Source of the DNA: Macrostomum lignano
Lineage: Eukaryota
Length of the DNA: 64,000 nucleotides
Direction of reading: 5' to 3'
NCBI GenBank assembly: GCA_002269645.1
Contig: NIVC01001781.1
Span: 119,318-183,317, forward strand
Shown here: positions 45,140 to 56,500 of the stretch, piece after piece
Numbering within the stretch: position 1 is the first letter of the stretch
Layout: each line of letters opens with the position of its first letter
The notes under the pieces: generated by a model
Told to the model about the DNA's origin: nothing
Database searches by the model: none
What the model saw: the letters and a program-made list of their open reading frames with translations, nothing else
Position numbers and translations under genes: made by a program

Positions 45140-46740
45140 TACAGGTAAATGAGCACAGGTATGTAGATCAGAATAGGTAGATGAGAACAGGTATAGATAA
45201 GAACAGGTAAAGATGAGAACAGGTAGATGAGAACAGGTAGATGAGAACAGGTAGATGAGAACAGGTATACATGAAAACAGGTAGATGAGAACAGGTAGAT
45301 GAGAACAGGTAGATGAGAACAGGTGTAGATGAGAACAGGTATACATGAAAACAGGTAGATGAGAACAGGTAGATGAGAACAGGTAGATGAGAACAGGTGT
45401 AGATGAGAACAGGTGTAGATGAGAACAGGTAAAGATGAGAACAGGTAGATGAGAACAGGTAGATGAGAACAGGTAGATGAGAACAGGTATAGATGAGAAC
45501 AGGTAGATGAGAACAGGTGTAGATGAGAACAGGTATACATGAAAACAGGTAGATGAGAACAGGTAGATGAGAACAGGTAGATGAGAACATGTAGATGAGA
45601 ACTAGGTATGTAGATGAGAACAGGAGATGAGAACAGGTATAGATGAGAACAGGTGTAGATGAGAACAGGAGATGAGAACAGGTATAGATGAGAACAGGTG
45701 TAGATGAGAACAGGTGTAGATGAGAACAGGTAAAGATGAGAACAGGTAGATGAGAACAGGTAGATGAGAACAGGTAGATGAGAACAGGTATAGATGAGAA
45801 CAGGTAGATGAGAACAGGTGTAGATGAGAACAGGTATACATGAAAACAGGTAGATGAGAACAGGTAGATGAGAACAGGTAGATGAGAACATGTAGATGAG
45901 AACTAGGTATGTAGATGAGAACAGGAGATGAGAACAGGTATAGATGAGAACAGGTGTAGATAAGAACAGGAGATAAGAACAGGTATAGATGAGAACAGGT
46001 GTAGATGAGAACAGGTAGATGAGAACAGGTATACATGAGAACTAGGTATGTAGATGAGAACAGGAGATGAGAACAGGTATAGATGAGAACAGGTGTAGAT
46101 GGGAACAGGTAGATGAGAACAGGTAAAGATGAGAACAGGTCAGGGGCGTAGCCAGAGGGGGGGCAAGGGGGCCGTGGCCCCCCAATCAACCAACTCTGGC
46201 CTTGGCGCCCCCCCCTAAAAGAAACTGGCGCCCCTCCCCCTATAAGAAACTGGCGCCCCCCCCCTATAAGAAACTGGCGCCCCCCTAAAAGAAACTGGCG
46301 CCCCCCCTCCCTATAAAAAACTGGCGCCCCCCCCCCCTAAAAGAAACTGGTGCCCCCGGCCCCTCCTAAAAGAAACTGGCGCCCCACTAAAAGAAACTGG
46401 CGCCCCCCCCTATAAGAAACTGGCGCCCCCCCCCCTAAAAGAAACTGGCGCCCCCCCCTAAAAGAAACTGGCGCCCCCCCTATAAGAAACTGGCGCCCCC
46501 CCCCCCCTATAAGAAGCTGGCGCCCCCTAACTCACGGCCCCCCCCCAATCAAAATTCCTGGCTACGCCCCTGGAACAGGTGTAGATGAGAACAGGTAGAT
46601 GAGAACAGGTATACATGAAAACAGGTAGATGAGAACAGGTAGATGAGAACAGGTAGATGAGAACAGGTAGATGAGAACAGGTAGATGAGAACAGGTAGAT
46701 GAGAACATGTATAGATAAGAACAGGTAGGTAGATTAGAAC
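45140..46740. repeat. 14-16-bp minisatellite (GTAGATGAGAACAG) interrupted by a MITE
   Basis: Directly visible, with an internal ~300-bp higher-order duplication. Confidence 0.95.
46141..46572. mobile_element. 432-bp non-autonomous hAT-type DNA transposon (MITE)
   Basis: Perfect 15-bp TIRs CAGGGGCGTAGCCAG / CTGGCTACGCCCCTG and an 8-bp direct repeat GAACAGGT on both sides (46133-46140, 46573-46580); no ORF; internal AAGAAACTGGCGCCCCC tandem repeats. Confidence 0.88.
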
Positions 46741-47329
46741 AGATGAAGGATAAATGAGAACAGATAAGGGAAGAAATAGAAGAATATTTTCAAGTTGAAA
46801 GAATGGACTAGGATAGGTTAGCCCCCAGCTTCAGGGCTTCAAATAATCGTACAGTTCCAATGCCTAAACAGTGCTAATGCAATGTAGCAGAGAATCTCAA
46901 AGCAGACATTACTAGATCCGTCGTTTAGATAAAGTGTGATCTGGCATGCAAATCTTGCCCGTAAGAAGAGCAAGGGACTGTATTTGAGCAGTTAAGAAAG
47001 TCTCAATTACGGTACAGGTGTACTGCCCTGTACTGCACAGGCTCGAGTATCTCTCGAATATCAGCGCTTTGTCAGCTCCAAATGTACTTTAATTTCAGAT
47101 AATTAACTGAATACCAATTACTGCGCAATAGTTTATTAAACCTTTGTAAACCATATTGCACACAGTATATGTACATCTACATGTGCTTGTGTAGTCTTTG
47201 TTCTAGTAACTGAAGGAGACGATCCTTGCAATTCATTCCCAAATTTTATGCTAGAAAATTTTATTTATAAGATTCGTTCATTATGTTTCAATAGCTGGTG
47301 GCGCCACTGTTAGTGTCCGATGGTGTCAG

Positions 47330-48050
47330 TTAGTGTCAGTTAGTGTCAAATGACTCCATTGTTGGTTTCAGATAGCACCAAAGTGGTGTCAGATGGCGCC
47401 AAAGTGGTGTCAGATGGCGCCAAAGTGGTGTCAGATGGCGTTAAAGTGGTGTCAGATGGCGCCAAAATGGTGTCAGATGGCGCTATTGTTGGTGTCAGAT
47501 AGCGCTATTGTTGGTGTCAGATAGCGCTATTGTTGGTGTCAGATAGCGCCAAAGTGGTGTCAGATGGCGCCAAAGTGGTGTCAGATGGCGCCAAAGTGGT
47601 GTCAGATGGCGTTAAAGTGGTGTCAGATGGCGCCAAAATGGTGTCAGATGGCGCTATTGTTGGTGTCAGATAGCGCTATTGTTGGTGTCAGATAGCGCTA
47701 TTGTTGGTGTCAGATAGCGCCAAAGTGGTGTCAGATGGCGCCAAAGTGGTGTCAGATGGCGCCAAAGTGGTGTCAGATGGCGTTAAAGTGGTGTCAGATG
47801 GCGCCAAAATGGTGTCAGATGGCGCTATTGTTGGTGTCAGATAGCGCTATTGTTGGTTTCAGATAGCGCCAAAGTGGTGTCAGATGGCGCCAAAGTGGTG
47901 TCAGATGGCGCCAAAGTGGTGTCAGATAGTGCCAAAGTGGTGTCAGATAGTGCCAAAAGGGTGTCAGATGGCGCCAAAGTGGTGTCAGATAGTGCCAAAA
48001 GGGTGTCAGATGCGCGATTGTTGGTTCCAGACGGCGCCAAAAGTTAGTGC
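47330..48050. repeat. 21-22-bp minisatellite (GTGGTGTCAGATGGCGCCAAA) with a 171-bp higher-order unit
   Basis: Variant marker GTTAAAG at 47440, 47611 and 47782. Confidence 0.93.
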
Positions 48051-48769
48051 CATGCGTCAGGGAGGGCCTAGCCTACCACAAAATGGTGTCCTAAGAGGAT
48101 GAGAACACTTTCAAATGTCAAAAAGCGCGATGCAATTTACATGTATTCTCACACCAATAAACGCAGCTTCGTATAAACTAAAATGAAAGCGCAATTTCAC
48201 ACGACCTAAACTTTTACTAGCGTTAATGTTCCATTTAACAGTACAGTATGTATTAATTGCGCAACAGCAAACCTAAAAGTACAAATATATTGTTTTTGTT
48301 CTATGAAAGTTCAACTGAAATCCACATGTAATGTATTCGATATTTTCTATTGTGGTTTTCAAAACACTATGAACTGCAGAGGTAAGAGTATATTTACTGT
48401 ACTAATAATGCTATTACAGTACCCAGAGCCAAAACACACGCACAATATGTTTTGTCTAGATCGAAGCACTCTATGGAAAGCCTCATTAACTCTGGCAGTA
48501 CTAATGCAGTGGCGCCTGTGTGTGTGTGGCAGTAATTGAGTTACACTGCCATGCATAGATGACACCATTTTTAGTATATGGAAGGCAGCTTGCCTTGGGC
48601 AAAGGAAAAATGGAAACAGCCGAGAAGCGTTGGGTCTTGTCAAGGATGGGATGGGGAGAATATAACACTGGTGAGTAATGGAGCAAGGAGTGAATCTCGA
48701 GTTCGGTTTAAATAGGTTGCATAAGGGTAGGAGTTCGCTAATAAACTGGGGTGGGCGAGACTGACTATC

Positions 48770-48918
48770 AACTGAGGATCTGGGAGGCTGGCCCAGCAAC
48801 TGAGGATCTGGGAGGCTGGCCCAGCAACTGAGGATCTGGGAGGCTGGCCCAGCAACTGAGGATCTGGGAGGCTGGCCCAGCAACTGAGGATCTGGGAGGC
48901 TGGCCCAGCAACTGAAGA
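48770..48918. repeat. 28-bp minisatellite, second copy of the Arp1 intron-1 unit
   Basis: About 5 units identical to the 16033-16690 consensus. Confidence 0.95.
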
Positions 48919-49489
48919 TGCACCCAAAGAATTCAATTAAGACACAGTACTAAACTCAATTTACTTGCAAGGTAGAAACATTGAAAAAAATCGATTTGCA
49001 TTCAGTCGGTATAATTGAAGCAGTCATCGAACAATGACACACAGGAGTTATCGATCAGCAGCATGGTGAACAAGTAATGAAACACAAATAGCTAATAAAT
49101 AGATAAAGATTCACCAACAGGAGCACAAAATGCACTCTAGGCATTGGCATTCTTTGTTAGCTACTGAAAGTAGCATTACCAGCAAGTAAGTAAGCACTGT
49201 AATGCAACACACGCAACTACACGTAACAATTGGATAAAGGCAGTTTGCTTTTATTAAATAAACTAACAAAACAGCGTAGAACTCGAAGTTAAGGAATGCA
49301 CAGAAAATCGATAATGCTAAACTCAGATTTTATTGAGGACAAAAGTGCTTTTGCAAACTATAACAATTTGTAACTAATAAAAATTGAAACGTTTAATAAA
49401 GAAAGAAACATGGCATTAAGTTGGAGAAAAAGATACTTATTTGAAAGTAAATAAACTATTTATTGAACTATAAAGGATTGAATTTCAAT

Positions 49490-50505
49490 TATTAGATATC
49501 TAATCGCAGAGAGATTTCAGTCTCTAGATATCTAATCCCATAGGGACATCAGTCTCTATGTATCTAATCCCATAGGGATCTCAATTTCTAGTCTATATAT
49601 CTAATCCCATAGGGATCTCAATTTCTAGTCTAGATATCTAATACCATAGAGATCCCAGTCTCTAGACATCTAATCTCATAGAGATCTCAGTCTCTATATA
49701 TCTAATCCCATAGGGATCTCAATGTCTAGTCTAGATATCTAATACCATAGAGATCCCAGTCTCTAGACATCTAATCTCATAGAGATCTCAGTCTCTATAC
49801 ATCTAATCTCATAGAGATCTCAGTCAACAGACATCTAATCGCATAGAGATCTCAGTCTCTATATATCTAATCGCATAGAGATCTCAGTCAATTGACATCT
49901 AATCGCATAGAGATATCAGTCTACAGATATCTAATCACATAGAGAACTCAGTCTCTATATATCTAAAATCATAGAGATCTCAGTCAACAGACATCTAATC
50001 ACATAGAGATCTCAGTCAATTGACATCTAATCGCATAGAGATATCAGTCTCCAGATATCTTAATCGCATAGAGAACTCAGTCTCTATATATATAAAATCA
50101 TAGAGATCTCAGTCTCCAGATATCTAATCTTATAGAGATCTCAGTCTCTAGACATCTAATCTCATAGAGATCTCAGTCTCTATACATCTAATCTCATAGA
50201 GATCTCAGTCAACAGACATCTAATCGCATAGAGATCTCAGTCTCTATATATCTAATCGCATAGAGATCTCAGTCAATTGACATCTAATCGCATAGAGATA
50301 TCAGTCTCCAGATATCTTAATCGCATAGAGAACTCAGTCTCTATATATCTAAAATCATAGAGATCTCAGTCTCCAGATATCTAATCTTATAGAGATCTCA
50401 GTCTCTAGACATCTAATCTCATAGAGATCTCAGTCAATTGACATCTAATCCCACAGAGATCCCAGTCTCTAGAGATCTAATCTCGCAGAGATCCCAGTCT
50501 CTAAT
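49490..50505. repeat. ~30-bp degenerate minisatellite (TCTAGACATCTAATCTCATAGAGATCTCAGTC)
   Basis: Directly visible; rich in 6-bp palindromes; ends about 20 bp from the PGAP1-like stop codon. Confidence 0.9.
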
Positions 50506-50526
50506 GGGATCAGACAGTACATAATT

Positions 50527-53500
50527 TTAGTCCTTCTTAGCCCTGATGGGCGCGCTTGAGCTCAAGTAGCCGCTACTCAGAAGTGCTCGCGCCGCGGTGC
50601 AGGCCCCCAGCAACAGGAGGATCAGACGGTTCAGTCCAACATAGTTGCCGTGCAATTGAGAAGCGGCAGTGCCCAACAGAACAGATAGACAGACGGCCAT
50701 TGGCCTGCAAGAGAGATTTAACAAAGTAGATGATTTGCACTGCTTTATTAAAATTCATATCCCAATGAGACAAGCGAAGTAAGTCGGCGAGTCAAGCGCG
50801 TGGGTCAAGTTTTTATGTCAACCTCTTCTACTTGAATGAGTGAACCTTGTGGTTGAGCTAGTGGGTCAAGCCAGTGGGTCAAGCCAGCGGGTCAAGCCAG
50901 CGGGTCAAGCCAGTGGGTCAAGAAAGAGGGTCAAGTTAGACGGTCAAGCCAGTGGGTCAAGAGAGGTTCAAACCAGTGGGTCAAGAAAGAGGGTCAAGCC
51001 AGTGGGTCAAAAAAGAGGGTCAAGCCAGTGGGTCAAGCCAGTGGGTCAAGAAAGAGGGTCAAGCCAGACAGCCAAGAAAGAGAGTCAAGCCAGCGGATCA
51101 AGCCAGTGGGTCAAGAAAGAGGGTCAAGCCAGACGGCCAAGAAAGAGAGTCAAGCCAGTGGGTCAAGCCAGGGTCAAGAGAGGTTCAAACCAGTGGGTCA
51201 AGTCAGTAGGTCAACCTAGAGGGTCAAGCCAACGAATCAAATTAATAGGTCAAACTATTCGGCCGATCTAGTGGGTCAGGCCTGCAGGTCAAGTAAATGC
51301 AGCTTCAGTAATGTGTACTCACCAGCTCAGCCTCATCGGAGGTGCATAGAAGCGTCCAGTCTCTGAGGCCCCCAGCATCGAGTCCAAAGCGTAGATCAGT
51401 GCAAATGCTATGCTCAAACTGTAGTGCGGATCGGCCACTGGTAGAGACGCCTGACCAGATTGCAAAGCTTTGGCCCACACAAACAGCGAGGGGCCGCACA
51501 GGCAGGTGAGAATTGAGCACAGAGCTGACAGATTGGACTGGTGGCTGCGCATGTCTGCTGAGGATGAATTACTGTTGCTGCTACTGCTGGTCTCGCTACT
51601 TTTAGTAGGAGTGTCGATTCTCGCGGCCGCGGTCTGAAATGGCAAAATAATGTGGATTGCAATGAGGTGTCAGGTGAGACAGTTGGGTGTCAGATGAGAC
51701 AGTTGGATGTCAGCTGAGACAGTCGGATGTCAGATGAGACAGTTGGGTGTCAGGTGAGACAGTTGGGTGTCAGGTGAGACAGTTGGGTGTCAGATGAGAC
51801 AGTTGGATGTCAGCTGAGACAGTCGGATGTCAGATGAGACAGTTGGGTGTCAGGTGAGACAGTTGGGTGTCAGGTGAGACAGTTGGGTGTCAGATGAAAC
51901 AGTTGGGTGTCAGATGAGACAGTCGGGTGTCAGGTGAGACAGTCGGGTGTCAGGTGAGACAGTTGGGTGTCGGGTGAGACAGTCTTCTTCTGCTTCTTCT
52001 TCTTCTTCGGGCGTGCTCGGGCCAGGGCCCATGGCACCGGGCGTCAGATGGCGCCCGCCTTCCCGAGGAAGTTCAACACCGCGACGCAGTTCTCGAAAAA
52101 CTGCCGCGGGCTCCGGGCTTGGCCCCCAGAGGCGGCAGCGGTGTGATGTGGTGAGACAGTCGGGTGTCAGGTGAGACAGTCGGGTGTCAGGTGAGACAGT
52201 TGGGTGTCAGGTGAGACAGTTGGGTGTCGGGTGAGACAGTCGGATGTCAGGTGAGACAGTTGGGTGTCAGGTGAGACAGTTGGGTGTCAGGTGAGACAGT
52301 TGGGTGTCAGATGAGACAGTTGGGCGTCAGGTGAGACAGTTGGGTGTCAGGTGAGACAGTTGGGTGTCAGATGAAACAGTTGGGTGTCAGATGAGACAGT
52401 CGGGTGTCAGGTGAGACAGTTGGGGTGTCAGGTAAGACAGTTGGATGTCAGATGAGACAGTTGGGGTGTCAGGTGAGACAGTTGGGGTGTCAGGTGAGAC
52501 AGTTGGGTGTCAGGTGAGACAGTTGGGTGTCTGATGAGGCAGTTGGGTGTCAGATGAGACAGTTGGGTGTCAGATGAGGCAGTTGGATGTCAGGTGAGAC
52601 AGTTGGGGTGTCAGGTAAGACAGTTGGATGTCAGATGAGACAGTTGGGGTGTCAGTTGAGACAGTTGGGTGTCAGGTGAGACAGTTGGGTGTCAGATGAG
52701 GCAGTTGGGTGTCAGATGAGACAGTTGGGTGTCAGATGAAACAGTTGGGTGTCAGATGAAACAGTTGGGTGTCAGATGAGACAGTTGGGTGTCAGATGAG
52801 GCAGTTGGATGTCAGATGAGACAGTTGGGGTGTCAGATGAGACAGTTGGGGTGTCAGGTGAGACAGTTGGGTGTCAGGTGAGACAGTTGGGTGTCAGATG
52901 AGGCAGTTGGGTGTCAGATGAGACAGTTGGGTGTCAGATGAGGCAGTTGGATGTCAGATGAGACAGTTGGGGTGTCAGTTGAGACAGTTGGGTGTCAGGT
53001 GAGACAGTTGGGTGTCAGATGAGACAGTCGGGTGTCAGGTGAGACAGTTGGGTGTCAGATGAGGCAGTTGGATGTCAGGTGAGACAGTTGGGGTGTCAGG
53101 TAAGACAGTTGGATGTCAGATGAGACAGTTGGGTGTCAGATGAGACAGTTGGGTGTCAGATGAGGCAGTTGGATGTCAGGTGAGACAGTTGGGGTGTCAG
53201 GTAAGACAGTTGGATGTCAGATGAGACAGTTGGGGTGTCAGATGAGACAGTTGGGTGTCAGGTGAGACAGTTGGGGTGTCAGGTGAGACAGTTGGGTGTC
53301 AGGTGAGACAGTTGGGTGTCAGGTGAGACAGTTGGGTGTCTGATGAGGCAGTTGGGTGTCAGATGAGACAGTTGGGTGTCAGATAAGACAGTTGGGTGTC
53401 AGATGAGACATCAGGGTGGCAGGAAAAGTCACAGGACTGTTATAAAGTGACAGTCAATAGTAAAACACAATGACCCCTCGCACCTTCAGCAGTTGAGTGA

Positions 53501-56500
53501 TCAACAGAAATGCAATTCCGGCGGCTCCGCAGTGCTTCTGCGTCATGTACAGAGCCAGTATGCAGCCGATAGGCGATAGGAAATTGGCGAATCTGTTAGC
53601 AAACTTCCGGTCCGAACTACTACTTGTAGTAGCATTATTACTACTATCAGACAGCAGGCTTCTAGGTGCTCGCAGAATCAGACCCAGCCAAGCGACAATG
53701 ATAGTCATTAATAGCAGCATTACAGCGGCAAGTGGGGCGGCCAGAAAGGCTAAACAAATCTGACGAATGAATCCGTTGATTAGTAGGTCGCTGGTTCGAA
53801 TCCTGCCGGGCTCGAATAGCATCGATGGTAGACTAGCGGTAGCCGCTGTCAGCACCATCAGGCTTGGATTGGTGAGTAGTGTTGAGAGTAGGGACCTGCT
53901 CGAGGCTGTCGGAGGTGCCGACATTGAGGCCAGCACAGTGGATAGGATCTGCGGGTTCGATAATTTTGGCTGCTGGTTGGTTCAGACTGTGAGGTGTCAG
54001 GTGGGACTGTGAGGTGTCAGGTGAGACTGTGAGGTGTCAGGTGAGATTGTGAGGTGTCAGGTGGGACTGTGAGGTGTCAGGTGAGACTGTGAGGTGTCAG
54101 GTGAGACTGTGAGGTGTCAGGTGAGATTGTGAGGTGTCAGGTGGGACTGTGAGGTGTCAGGTGAGACTGTGAGGTGTCAGATGTGAGACACTGAGGTGTC
54201 AGAGGTGAGACACTGAGGTGTCAGGTGAGACTGTGAGGTGTCAGATGTGAGACACTGAGGTGTCAGAGGTGAGACACTGAGGTGTCAGAGGTGAGACACT
54301 GAGGTGTCAGAGGTGAGACACTGAGGTGTCAGAGGTGAGACACTGAGGTGTCAGAGGTGAGACACTGAGGTGTCAGATGTGAGACACTGAGGTGTCAGAG
54401 GTGAGACACTGAGGTGTCAGAGGTGAGACACTGAGGTGTCAGACGTGAGACACTGAGGTGTCAGAGGTGAGACACTGAGGTGTCAGATGGAAGACACTGA
54501 GGTGTCAGACGTGAGACACTGACAAAAACCAGAAAAAGCCAAGCCTCACATGCAGCGCAGCCCAGGTTGGCAGTTCAGGCCCAGAGTAGCGCAACAGCGC
54601 AGCACCAAACAGTTGCGGCTGGAATCGCACAGTCAGCCGATAGCGGCACAGAGGATTTGTCACAGCGTGCAGCTTGCACAGAGAGCCGGCGCTGTGCACA
54701 GGACAGTCCAGCACAGACAGGCTAGCATTCTGATTGAAATACTGCACAGAGTGAACAAAGGATCCGGGCTGCTGCACCTCTTGAGCCAGGATGCCAGGAC
54801 TGCCTACCAGGGCTCCGCAGTTTGTTGCTTCTAAGCTGGCCTCATAGCCCGACCAGGCCGCCATTGACAGGTCGGCAGCTGAGTAGAGAGACCCGGCTGC
54901 GAGGTTGGCTTCGTCTGATGCTGCCGACAGCGGAGACAGGGTGGCCGATACAGGCCACAGCTGCCAGCGAAGCTGCAGACTGCGACTTGATGATTCGCCC
55001 AGTTCGAATAGCACCTCGGTCTGGAGAGGGGTGGTCGTTACATCCTTGTTTAACTCTCTCAGTGTATCTTTACGTACAAGAGATGCGCCTGCCTAGGCCT
55101 CACTGGGTTTCACTGCCACCTGCATGCTTATAGATTCCTAGTTTCAGCTCCGCTCCCTCAGCTCCGCTCCCTCAGCTCCGCTCCCTCAGCTCCGCTCCCC
55201 CAGCTCCGCTCCCCTCAGCTCCGCTCCCTCATCTCCGCTCCCTCATCTCCGCTCCCTCAGCTCCGCTCCCCTCATCTCCGCTCCCTCAGCTCCGCTCCCT
55301 CAGCTCCGCTCCCTCAGCTCCGCTCCCCTCAGCTCCGCTCCCTCAGCTCCGCTCCCTCAGCTCCGCTCCCCTCAGCTCCGCTCCCTCATCTCCGCTCCCT
55401 CAGCTCCGCTCCCCTCAGCTCCGCTCCCTCATCTCCGCTCCCTCAGCTCCGCTCCCCTCATCTCCGCTCCCTCAGCTCCGCTCCCCCAGCTCCGCTCCCT
55501 CAGCTCCGCTCCCCTCAGCTCCGCTCCCTCAGCTCCGCTCCCCTCAGCTCCGCTCCCTCAGCTCCGCTCCCCTCAGCTCCGCTCCCTCAGCTCCGCTCCC
55601 CTCATCTCCGCTCCCTCATCTCCGCTCCCCCAGCTCCGCTCCCTCATCTCCGCTCCCCTCATCTCCGCTCCCCTCATCTCCGCTCCCCCAGCTCCGCTCC
55701 CCTCATCTCCGCTCCCTCAGCTCCGCTCCTCTCAGCTCCGCTCCCTCATCTCCGCTCCCTCATCTCCGCTCCCTCAGCTCCGCTCCCCTCAGCTCCGCTC
55801 CCTCAGCTCCGCTCCCTCAGCTCCGCTCCCTCAGCTCCGCTCCCTCAGCTCCGCTCCCTCAGCTCCGCTCCCTCAGCTCCGCTCCCTCATCTCCGCTCCC
55901 TCATCTCCGCTCCCCCAGCTCCGCTCCCTCATCTCCGCTCCCCTCATCTCCGCTCCCTCAGCTCCGCTCCTCTCAGCTCCGCTCTCCTCATCTCCGCTTC
56001 ACCAGCTCCGCTCCCCCAGCTCCGCTCCCCTCATCTCCGCTCCCCTCAGCTCCGCTCCCTCAGCTCCGCTCCCTCAGCTCCGCTCCCCTCAGCTCCGCTC
56101 CCCTCAGCTCCGCTCCCCCAGCTCCGCTCCCTCAGCTCCGCTCCCCCATCTCCGCTCCCTCATCTCCGCTCCCCTCATCTCCGCTCCCTCAGCCCCGCTC
56201 CCTCAGCTCCCCTCCCTCATCTCCGCTCCCTCAGCTCCGCTCCCTCAGCTCCGCTCCCCCAGCTCCGCTCCCTCAGCTCCGCTCCCCTCAGCTCCGCTCC
56301 CTCAGCTCCGCTCCCTCAGCTCCGCTCCCTCAGCTCCGCTCCCTCAGCTCCGCTCCCTCAGCTCCGCTCCCCTCAGCTCCGCTCCCTCAGCTCGCGCTCC
56401 CTCAGCTCCGCTCCCTCAGCTCCGCTCCCTCAGCTCCGCTCCCTCAGCTCCGCTCCGCTCCCTCAGCTCCGCTCCCTCAGCTCCGCTCCCCTCAGCTCCG

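Noticed and set aside
50527-50544. C-terminal RAKKD as an ER-retrieval dilysine signal
   Set aside because: Lysines are at -2/-3 rather than the canonical -3/-4 or -3/-5; suggestive only.
53780-53815. tRNA-like AGGTCGCTGGTTCGAATCCTGC (B-box/T-arm)
   Set aside because: No D-arm or pairing acceptor stem; it is the antisense of a PGAP1 coding exon (EPGRIRTSDLL). tRNAscan-SE would settle it.
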